A stretch of DNA of 57,365 bases, filler included, from Stramenopiles sp. TOSAG23-6 (taxonomy: Eukaryota): NCBI GenBank assembly GCA_900128565.1. It is 3 parts of 3 records of this genome, joined end to end, with 100 filler letters (N's around TTAATTAATTAA, not from the genome) between each part and the next. Parts side by side here need not be neighbours in the genome. Positions count along the whole stretch, not along the records: positions 1 to 19,122 come from LT636055.1; positions 19,223 to 38,295 come from LT636056.1; 1 more part is not named here. One strand, 5' to 3'. The notes below the pieces were generated by a model. That model was not told where the DNA came from and ran no database searches. It was given only the letters and a program-made list of their open reading frames with translations. This document shows, in pieces, positions 13,776 through 23,700 of the stretch. The position numbers and the translations under genes were made by a program. Numbering within the stretch: the stretch's first letter is position 1; the number at the start of each line of letters is the position of its first letter.

Positions 13776-14960
13776 ATGCGGACTCCTAATTCGGCTACAA
13801 ATTCAGGCCTTCCAAAAAAGAGCTCAGAAAAGAAAATGATAAATTATTATGCTGTTTTAGGTGTTGTTCCAGAAGTAACTCCTAAAACATTGAAACGTGC
13901 GTATAAAAAACTTGCCATTCGCAATCATCCAGATAGGAGGAAAAGACGACGTCGAAAACTTGAAATGGACAATATAGAGGATACTAAAAACTATGAAAAT
14001 CTTGGGGACGTGAATAACACTCCCTCTCGTAGGGCACCAAAGTCTCCTAAATCTCCAGGCAGTGTTCCATTTGCAGTAGTTACTCGAGCATGGCGTATTT
14101 TATCTGACCCTGTTAGTCGTTGTACCTATGATATGCTTCAAGGCTACAAAAGTTCAAAACGAACAGAGGAAGCGTTTGTAAATCTCATGAGAATGAAAAA
14201 GGCGCAGGCAGCAGCGGTTGTAGAAAATATGGAATTTAGTGTTGCACAGAGTAGAAAGCACGAACAAAATCGCAACGGCCTTGTGATTATTAGTGGTGTG
14301 TATGGTCATTTGAATGGTTCGATTGATACTTTAAGCACTCTTGACGATCAAGCTAGTGAGTTTGGACTCACCATCGATGTGACTGTTCCATTGCAGTGTA
14401 GCGTTGAAAAATCTACTTTGCGTTTAACTGGTGGTAAGCCTAAATTTTGGCTTCCTGGATTTTATGATCCATGTCCTTCTGAAGATAAGCAACTATGTGT
14501 GCGTTACCTATTTAAAGGTCGTTTGCACGAAGTGACTGTTGACGACCTCTCCGAAATGCGTTTGCCGATGAAGAGGCATCTTTTAGGTGATGCGATTCAG
14601 TTCGGAAAGCATGATGGAAAAACAGCAAAAAGTAAACGTCGCCGTCGACGTCGTTCCAGTATTGGAGGGAAATTTGTACAGGGAAGTTTGCATTATACAC
14701 AATTACTTGAAGAAAGACGATCAGAACAACGCAGAAATGCTTTGGTCACTGCTTGTGTTGTTAGCAGCATAATACTATGGACACAGAGAAATGCTGTAAT
14801 AGACTGGTACAAATCTCACGGAAAGGATGCTGTTTATAGTGTTTGGGCTAATATTACATCCATGGGAATTTTTCACAACATTGCTAAATATGCAAATCCT
14901 AGATGTGTTGGTACGTTTTTACATGCTCGTCTGTCTAGATTTTCAAAGAAAATGCAGTAA
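13776..14960 (+). CDS. J-domain protein with DNAJC11-type C-terminal domain (DUF3395-like)
   Basis: NYYAVLGV...AYKKLAIRNHPD J domain; GLVIISGVYG...IDVTVPLQ...LPGFYDPCPSEDKQLCVRYLF matches the DNAJC11 C-terminus. Confidence 0.85.
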   Translation: MRTPNSATNSGLPKKSSEKKMINYYAVLGVVPEVTPKTLKRAYKKLAIRNHPDRRKRRRRKLEMDNIEDTKNYENLGDVNNTPSRRAPKSPKSPGSVPFAVVTRAWRILSDPVSRCTYDMLQGYKSSKRTEEAFVNLMRMKKAQAAAVVENMEFSVAQSRKHEQNRNGLVIISGVYGHLNGSIDTLSTLDDQASEFGLTIDVTVPLQCSVEKSTLRLTGGKPKFWLPGFYDPCPSEDKQLCVRYLFKGRLHEVTVDDLSEMRLPMKRHLLGDAIQFGKHDGKTAKSKRRRRRRSSIGGKFVQGSLHYTQLLEERRSEQRRNALVTACVVSSIILWTQRNAVIDWYKSHGKDAVYSVWANITSMGIFHNIAKYANPRCVGTFLHARLSRFSKKMQ

Positions 14961-15385
14961 AATATTTTCAAAGAAAAAATATACTCTATGATTTTATGAT
15001 CTCAGATCTTTGTTCTTGCGTTTAGCAAAACACATGAGGAAACTATTCAAAATGTTCTTAAATTTTCAATTTCAATTGAGTTTTTCCAAGAAAGTAAAAT
15101 GAAAGTATAAAAGTATCGTAACATTTTGGAAATGAAATATTTTGTAATATGTATTACGTGTTATATATCGATATGTATGAAATATATGTACAACTACTAC
15201 TTGTCATTGCTTGTATTGAATATCTTTTTTATTTCATCAACAAAGAGACAAATACAGAGAAAACGCTCTCTATAAGGCTCTATAAATGATTTTCAAAAAA
15301 AATACAAATTTTATCATTCAGTCTCGATAAACAAGTAATATTTTTTCGTCAATGCATACTATTTCTATATGAACAAAAGTGAAAG

Positions 15386-16031
15386 TTAACTCATATTTTC
15401 TGAAAGCCACTTAAACGCGGTTTCAAGTCCAGCTCCAGTTGTAGCCGTGGAGGGCAAAACGATACACTTTCTATCACCGCAATTTCTATTGGTTTGTAAT
15501 ATATATAGTATAATGAATAATATGGTAAGATTTCAAAAGAAATAGAATATCGCAAATTAAAAAATAAATATCTGAAGAAAAAATAACGTACCTCTCCATT
15601 TCGAAAGCAGATTCCATTTCCGCAACTGAGAGAGCTCCGGGCATATCCTGCTTATTCGCTAGAACCATGATTGCGGATCCTGACAATTGATTATCTGAAA
15701 CAACACCCACAAATTCATCCCTCGCTTTTTGGATTCGTTCTCTATCACTTGCGTCCACAACATAAATTATACCCTGAGTTCCTGTGTAATAGTGACGCCA
15801 ATAAGGCCTTAATCGATCTTGACCACCAACATCCCATATATTTAGGGTTAGCCTTCCTATTTTGACAGTTTCTACATTGAATCCAACCGTTGGGGTAGTC
15901 GAGTGAGTTTCACCGCTATGCATTCGATACAGTATAGTTGTTTTCCCCGCGTTGTCCAGACCCACAAGTAAGCACCGACGCTCGTTTCGATGCCACCATT
16001 CTTTAATCATACGACTCAACCTTTGCCCCAT
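15386..16031 (-). CDS. ARF/ARL small GTPase, 179 aa; exons 16031-15592 and 15485-15386
   Basis: MG N-terminus, GLDNAGKTT, PTVGFNVE, WDVGGQD, NKQD. Exon 2 supplies STATTGAGLETAFKWL. Confidence 0.95.
15486..15591 (-). other. Canonical GT-AG intron, 106 nt
   Basis: ag|GTACGT...AATAG|a restores the ARF C-terminus. Lacks the family TACCTAAC core. Confidence 0.9.
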
Positions 16032-16392
16032 CGTTTAAAATGTATCAGTGTATAAGCTTTCTATTCTGTAAAGTGGAAGAATAAAGTTTTCAACAAAATC
16101 CAAATCGCATAAATGTACAAAAAGGACAGAAAATATAATGGTCGTTAAAGCGTAGGATATTTTTCGCGTGTAGATATTATTTTACTTCAAAGTTCAAAGA
16201 GAGCTACAACGACAACCGACGTAAACTTATAACTACAGTACCCTAACCCTAACCCTAACTTTGGTTTTCAGTCATGCATCATTCTTCTGTTCTTTTTTCG
16301 ATTTGATTGATTTGATTTATTTATTATCACGATTCACGATCGATCAATCCTCAACACTGAAGTGACTGAACAATTTAGCTAGATCAATAACA

Positions 16393-17427
16393 ATGGACTC
16401 GGATATTCCATGGTGGCTTGAAGCTCGTAGCCGTGCTCCAAAGTCATACTGGTATCTGGTTGTCGCAGTTGTTGCTTTCTATATTCTCTATCTTTATACG
16501 GCAGTGTTTGTATGTATTGAACCTCTCTTTCCCAATGGTGGAAAAGTCGAGTTACTAATTGTTCTTGCAACTTTGGTCTTGCTATCGGGAACAAGTTATG
16601 TCCGAGCTCTGACGACAAATCCAGGGGTTGTTCGCCGTGTTCAAGCTGAACCAGGTCAAGTAGATGCTGCTCGACCTGCATTATTGGACTATCAAAAGGT
16701 GAACTACTGTGCCATTTGTGATCTCTATAAGCCACCGCGGACACACCACTGCCGACGTTGCAACCGTTGTGTGATGAAAATGGATCACCATTGCCTTTGG
16801 ATTAATAACTGCGTTGGATTCTATAACCACAAATATTTCTTTTTATTCGTTTTATACTCTTGGCTTTCTTTTTTTGGTCTATTTGTGCTATATTGTTATA
16901 GATGGGTTCTTTTTATTTTAGCTAGATTGCACTCTAATAGTCACTCAAAAGTGGATTACATTGAAAGTACAAGTGATTTGGTTTTGCTCGGTGTTTCAAC
17001 TCTACTTATTATAGGACACATCATTACTGTAGGGTACATGCTTGGGTTTCACATATTTTTAATATCAAAAGGTCGAACGAATGTGGAGCAAAGCTGTTGT
17101 CAAGGTAATGCAGCTGGTTGTAACTTTAATATGGGTTCTGTATTCAACAACTGGAAAGCTGCTTTTGGAGAAAATATTATTGACTGGATGATTCCAACAA
17201 AGCCACCTTTGGATCGTCCAATGTGGGATCGTCGTAGGAGATCGGTTCAACAAATGAATAGTAATTCAGGTTTAGCAAATCCTGTAAGTGACATTCTTGG
17301 TTCGTCCAGAGGTATATTTGAGAATGATCTCTCCATTGGAATTAAGGGAAACTATGATAGTCATAAAGTTCCTTTAATGGCTCCAGCACCTGTACCAACA
17401 ACTGGTTCACTCTCATCAACGCCTTGA
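16393..17427 (+). CDS. DHHC palmitoyltransferase
   Basis: CAICDLYKPPRTHHCRRCNRCVMKMDHHCLWINNCVGFYNHKYF and four hydrophobic segments. Confidence 0.95.
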   Translation: MDSDIPWWLEARSRAPKSYWYLVVAVVAFYILYLYTAVFVCIEPLFPNGGKVELLIVLATLVLLSGTSYVRALTTNPGVVRRVQAEPGQVDAARPALLDYQKVNYCAICDLYKPPRTHHCRRCNRCVMKMDHHCLWINNCVGFYNHKYFFLFVLYSWLSFFGLFVLYCYRWVLFILARLHSNSHSKVDYIESTSDLVLLGVSTLLIIGHIITVGYMLGFHIFLISKGRTNVEQSCCQGNAAGCNFNMGSVFNNWKAAFGENIIDWMIPTKPPLDRPMWDRRRRSVQQMNSNSGLANPVSDILGSSRGIFENDLSIGIKGNYDSHKVPLMAPAPVPTTGSLSSTP

Positions 17428-17587
17428 CTTGATATAATATAATAAAAGTTATTGGTTTTTTAAGTAAATCTTTACAACTAAATTTATTTTTCTTCTATCA
17501 AGTAAATATTGGGTACATATGAAGAAAATATTGGTAGGAATTTTTGTACTTACGGAAAAATAAATTGAAAGAGTTTCACGGATAACA

Positions 17588-19049
17588 TCAGGCTAAAGCA
17601 GGCCAATCCGTCGAGCTTACAATTGAAGTCTTTTGCGAAGTGTCTCTTTTCTTTTCGAGTAATTTTCTTTGTCTATTTTGCTTTGTACTTTCTTTCGCTC
17701 GACTCCGCTGTTGCGAGACATCTTCCACCATTTTAGAAAACTTTTCTTTGGTACTTTCATCTTTTTCTAGTTTTTCTACTGATTGCAACAGATTAGTTGC
17801 TTTAGCGTAAGCACCAATTTCTAAAAGTTTCGGTATATTTAACATTGCCAATTGAGTTTTGACGACGCCACTTAATCTAACAGAATCGACAAATTTTGGA
17901 TTTAGTTTAATAGCATCATCCAATAGAATCTCCGCTCCCAGTAAATCATCTTCAGATATCTTCTGTGTTGCTAACTTCACCAATTGTGTTACAGCAGAGT
18001 TAGCCGATGATTCAAATGTATATATTGTCAAAAGACACGAAATTACAAAAAAAACGTTAGGTATAAAATTTCGTATGAAAAAATAAATAAATTTGAAATT
18101 GAAATTGAAAAAAAAATAAAACATACATTCTTCAATTGAGAATGATTTGGTGACAGAGATAAACCACCAAGAGCTGATAAAGCTGCTTCAATCAAATCAC
18201 CTCTACTGAAAGCGTCGTTACTACGATTCACAAAATCATTTAATTCTATTTCCCAATCGTGGCGAAGTGTCTGCGAAAGTTTTACCACAGCCTTGAATAC
18301 ATCAAATGTACCATCAGGATTAATAATTCCAATACAACTCATTTTGATTCTTTTACCTATTGCTTTTCCCATCTCCCTCCGCTTCAATGCATATATAATA
18401 GGGGTATCGTGATCTTTTGAGTATTGAATAATTTCACTAACACACTTATCAAGACCGGAAGAACCCTCATCAATATTTGTACTAACAATCAACATACGAA
18501 GTTTTCCATTCTTGGCACAACGGTGAACTTCTCTCATACCAAGTACAATTCTTTTTTTCTTTGAATTTATTGTCGATTTTGAACTTAATCTTGCTCGTTC
18601 ATGAAAAAAAAACACCTTTTGTAAAAGTTCGATGACCAATTTGTTTAATTCTTGTGATAATTTTTGTTTTACATATTCACGAACGCCCAAAATATTAGGC
18701 GTTCGAGAAATATGTTTTTCAATAGATGAAAGTTTTGAGTATATATTTGAACCAGATACTTTTTCAAGGACATTTTTAGCATTCATTGTTTCCGTATTTT
18801 GAGTATCTTTGGGATCTTTGGGATCTTTGGGTAAAATGTCATTCTTCTCATTCGCGCAAATAATTTCATCTGAAGATTGTTTTGTGTTTACATTTTCATT
18901 ACTATTTGTATCTTTGCTCATACGATTATTACGAGTTTCTTCTTTCTTCTTCATATTCTGTTTCAACTGTTTCCTTCTCTGAGCTTTCTTTTTTGACTCC
19001 TTTTGTTTCCTTTCGATATTTTGTGCTTCCTCAATGGCAAGTATTTGTA
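17588..19049 (-). CDS. SECISBP2: SECIS-binding protein 2-like (L7Ae domain) with TPR-like tail; 5'-truncated by gap; exons 19049-18127 and 18019-17588
   Basis: REYVKQKLS...KKRIVLGMREV...GLDKCVSEII...PIIYALKRREMGKAIGK matches the SBP2 RNA-binding region. Confidence 0.8.
18020..18126 (-). mobile_element. Introner-like repeat intron, GT...AT, 107 nt
   Basis: aat|GTATGTTTTA...TTTATACCTAAC...ACAATATAT|aca ttt gaa. Joins two overlapping out-of-frame ORFs; there is no AG in the intron. Confidence 0.75.
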
Positions 19050-19122
19050 ATGTATTGTGAAAAAATATTTAAAAAAAAAATCGTTAGGTACAAAATTTCG
19101 TACGAAAAATAAATTCGAAATT
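19050..19122 (-). mobile_element. 3' part of an introner-like intron, cut by the assembly gap
   Basis: TTCGTACGAAATTTTGTACCTAAC...CACAATACAT directly upstream of the SBP2 exon. Confidence 0.8.
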
Positions 19123-19222
19123 NNNNNNNNNNNNNNNNNNNNNNNNNNNNNNNNNNNNNNNNNNNNTTAATTAATTAANNNNNNNNNNNNNNNNNNNNNN
19201 NNNNNNNNNNNNNNNNNNNNNN
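19123..19222. other. Artificial 100-nt scaffold linker
   Basis: Ns flanking TTAATTAATTAA (stops in all six frames). Confidence 0.95.
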
Positions 19223-19300
19223 ATATTTCAAAAANAAATCGTTAGGTACAAAATTTCGTACGAAAAAAAAATTCGAAATTGAAAGAAAAATAAAACATAC
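19223..19300 (-). mobile_element. 5' part of an introner-like intron, cut by the assembly gap
   Basis: cat|GTATGTTTTA...TTCGTACGAAATTTTGTACCTAAC. Confidence 0.8.
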
Positions 19301-20405
19301 ATGTTGTTTCGCTGTTTGATTTTGCCCAAAGCATGATTGTAATCTCATCATTGATACCCAAATCTCCCGCAGTCATCAATTGTTGATTTATAAGTTGCTT
19401 TCCACTTGAAAAATGAAACGAAGGACGATTGCCATTATCATTACCATCATTAAATACAGGCTTTTGGGCGTCTTTACACTTTTGCGAACAGTCAGCTTTA
19501 GCCATACATGCTTTAAATTCTGCGTTGCCAAAAGATCCAATATTATCGTTGTCATGTTCTGAATCCAAGGGTAAATGTATAATAGGCATTTTCTCGGTCC
19601 TACCACTGGTGCTGTCGAATGCAACATAGCAAGTTTGTGGATTTTTTTTATCATCAGCTGAATCGGAATCATATTGTGAAAAACAGGTCGTTGGTTCTGC
19701 GCTGTTCGAACCATCAAAGAGATATCCGATACCGCTACGATTATCTCCAACTCTATCTCTGACTGGATGACTTGAAACAACTGTCGTTCCATCGGGCGCA
19801 GTGTATGATTTCGTCCCACTTGTCCCTTCACAGTTGCGTTGTGGACACGAGAGGTCAATTCTGCCCATACCTGGAAACTTTGCTTGTTCAAAAACGAAAT
19901 ATCGTTTGGAACACACATAATGAGCTGCGGTATTCGAACAAGATTTTGTTAGAACAGACTGACCATAAATATAAAGACATTTTGAAGTTCCTTCAGTAGG
20001 TTGACCTGATCCCCATGGAAATTCCGACCCTGTTACTGAGGTACCATCCGTCATTATATATTTCGCTTTTGTATCGCAGTCTGAAGTACAACTTCCACCC
20101 ATCCAAACATCATGTGTTCCACTAATTTTGTCAGTGATTTCATTCACTTGATTTTGCGTATGCGGAACAGCAAGTATCATACCAGCATCGATACATTTCT
20201 CACTTGCTTGTTTCCACGTTAAAGTTTCTTCAACCACAACGTAACCATCATTGCTTGATGATAATCTACGCCTCGCGTGCTTTCGTTGGTGTGACGAATC
20301 AACTTGTGTATTACGTTCAGCTGGTGGTATCTTGGCGCAAAACACCATGGAGCTGAGTAATAAAGTACAAAGTACACTTTGTACAATCATCATATTCATT
20401 TTCAT
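19301..20405 (-). CDS. Secreted C-type lectin domain protein, 3'-truncated
   Basis: Signal peptide; LTWKQASEKC...LA...VWMGG...WGSGQP...C...C...YVC is a CTLD pattern. ITIMLWAK may begin a LamG-like domain, then intron and gap. Confidence 0.75.
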
Positions 20406-20724
20406 CTTTATTGCAGAAAGAAATTATCTTATACGTCGTAATCATTAGTTACTGGTTATTACCGGCTACTTTACAAACAAAAACAAGAAACGGAAAAGCC
20501 AATTGGTATTTTTTTGAAACGGAAAAAAAATGGTTTCATCCAATGTGTACCAATTTAGTACAAACGTAGAAAAACCGAAAGTCTCCGAATTTCTCAAATT
20601 ATTATTTTTGAATGTGTGACAAAAAAGATTTCTTCGATAGAGAATATCGATATGGCGAATTTTATAAATTTTACTCTTCAATAATTACGAATGTATATTA
20701 CATATTCTAATTTATTATAGTCAA

Positions 20725-23700
20725 ATGCTGTATTGCCATCATGATATGTATTTCTCATTAGCAATAGTTACAACAATATTGGCATTTGCTGGAAATTCTC
20801 GTGGAACTACTGAAATATTTGGTCCACATTTTACAGACAACTTATCTTCGGAAGAGACATCAACGTATAGAATAAATGGTTCTTATTTAGAGGAGCTGGA
20901 CGAATCATCTAATAGAATGTGTTATAGTGAATTGTCTTCAAATGGTATTGATATTGTTCCTTCAAGTAGATTTGATTATCTATTACAGGAACGATTACGT
21001 TTCCTAGGAAAGAAACGAGTAAAAGACCTGAAAGATCCAGCTGTAGCATCTTTGCCGAATGTAAACGTGATTTCCCCCAAAGTATATCCTTTGTGGTTAG
21101 AATTGTCAGTACCTTTAAGAAAAAAGATGTTATCTGCCGGTGATGGTGATCGAGATGGAAAGAATAAGAATTTCCCTATGAAACCTATACTATCTCAGTT
21201 ACGTGAAAGGTACGATGTGAGAGAGTTATTTCAAGGTGGAAGTCATGGCGAAGTTTGGCGAGCTATCAAAAGTGTTTATAACCATGAAAATCATTCAGAC
21301 AATTACACCAAAGATAAAGCAAGAAATGCTGAACATGTAAAAGAAATATCATTTATACTCAAACGAATGTTTCTAGAAAATGTATGTCTTTAACATGAAT
21401 TTTAATTTGTTTTATAGAAAATTTTATACCTAACAAATTTCGAATTTCAAATATTTCCCCAAAAAACATGGAGAGTATGTAAGACTTGCAGGATTAAGAG
21501 AGATCTATTTTGGTGAATTGCTCAAGGGAAAGCCACACATTGCAAGATTTGTAGAATTCTTTGAAACAAATAGTTTTGAAGAAAAATGTAATGCAGACCC
21601 AATTAATAAAAATACCAACAATCAAAATACAAACAATCCTAATAAAACAAATACAAACAATCCTAATAAAACAAATACAAACAATCCTAATAAAACAGAT
21701 ACAAACAATCCTAATAAAACAGATACAAACAATCCTAATAAAACAAATACAAACAATCCTAATAAAACAGATGAAAAAACAAAATCAGATTTGTGGCTAG
21801 TATTTCATGATGAAGGGAGATCTCTTCGAGATTTTTTATATAGTCGTCATGAGTTAAGCAGTGGTGCCGTGTATGTATGTTTTATTTTTTTTTCAATTTC
21901 GAATTTATTTTTCATACGAAATTTTGTACCTAACGGGTTTTTTTGAAATAGTTTTCCAAAATACATGAACCATCATCTTTATGGCGGGAACTCCGAACGG
22001 GTAAAGGTGGTTTAAATGTTCTTCGAGGTATTTGGTTACAAATTACCGAAGGCGTTGCACTTTTACACCAAATGGATATCACGCATCGCGATTTGAAACC
22101 TTCAAATCTTATTATTTCTCTACCCGAAGATGTCTGTTTTATTTTTTTTCAAATTCTACTTTTTTTTTCGTAGGAAATTTTGTACCTAACAATTATTTTT
22201 TGAAATATTTTTCCAAAATACATGGTTCAAAACCTATAGTAAAAATAGCAGATTTTTCATCTGCCGTGAATGGTCATTCTTTGAAGTTTCTGTATGGAAT
22301 GAAAGGACCAAGTCAAGATGAAGAAACTGTTGAATATCAGCCTCCAGAAGTTTTATTCTCTATTGATATTTCAGATACATATAAAGAAGACGAAACCACA
22401 AAACAATATGATGAAACCACAAAAAAATATGAAAAGAATAAACAGGAAATGAAAAGTGGTTCACCATACTTTAGTGATAATCCAAAAACATATGATTTAT
22501 GGACTCTCGGAGTTATTTTCCTTGAAATGATTTTAGGTACACAGCATGTTTTTGCCGTAAGTGCGAGGACATTTGCTAAACTAGATCATAAAATGAGACA
22601 AGAGAAAAGATCAGATGCTGAACGAAGACAGCTTCTAATACTCACTGGCCTTGCGGAATGGTGTGTGTTCCCAGAACCAAATGCATCATCTTCTGAATAT
22701 AATACAATGAAAGATAAAAACAAAATCTACCTTCCAAAATCGTGGTCATCCAATTATAAACAAAGTCATCATTCGAATAAATTTCATTCCCGGGTTAAAA
22801 CAAGTGGGACAGCTTTGATTAGTCAAGGTGAATGGTGCGGCCTTGAAGCATTTAATCGAACATTACATCGGCGAGATCCTCTCGCTGGTATGTACGTTTT
22901 CCTTTCATTTTTAATAGAAAATTTTGTTCCTAACGAATTTCAAACTACATCAGCGAGATCCTCTCGATGGTATTTACGTGTTCATTTTATTTTTTATAGA
23001 ACATTTTTTACCTAACAAATTTTAAACGTAAAACATATTGTTTCGTAATACATTGGTTTGGGATATGAAAGTCGATGGGCTGTGGATGTACGTTTTCAAA
23101 ATTGCTTTTTTTTTATTTTTTCATACGAAATTCTGTACCTAATGATTTTTTGTAAAATATATTTTTTTACAATGTATCTTTTGTGGCGGTTACTTCGATG
23201 GCATGCGTGGGATAGATTGCCGGTGGAACTTGTCCTTCAACATGCATTTTTTGTTGGTCCTTATACTTGTGATGCTGATGATGCGTGTACAGGTAAAGAA
23301 TTTGCATTACCTGTACGTTTTCATAAATAATTTCAAATTTATTTTTATTTTTCATACGAAATTGTGTACCTAAGATTTGTTTTTTTGAGATGCTTGTTTT
23401 CATCATGAATTTCAAATTTGTCATATTTTCCAAAATTCATGGTGAACGCGACGAATTTGTGGTAGCATTACAAAGCAATTCTCTTGATAATTTGAACCCA
23501 TCAAAATCTTTTATGGAGTCAGAAATTGGTACACGAAATCATCCGATTATTCCAGTACCATTAGGCAAGGAAAATACAGAAATAAATAAAAAAGTAGAAA
23601 AGGTAGATAAAATTTTTGAAGACTCATATAGGGACCGACCTATACAACCAGAAAAATTCTGTTGTGCTTCTTGTGGTCGTTGCTTTGATAGAGCCAAGAG

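Noticed and set aside
19168-19179. TTAATTAATTAA as a biological motif (also in the gap at 38296-38395)
   Set aside because: Centred in identical 100-nt N blocks; it is a synthetic all-frame stop linker.
17588-20405. Lectin-SBP2 fusion gene across the gap (phases happen to match)
   Set aside because: The pieces are joined by an artificial linker within a repeat. A secreted lectin fused to a cytosolic RNA-binding protein is implausible, and a phase match occurs by chance one time in three.
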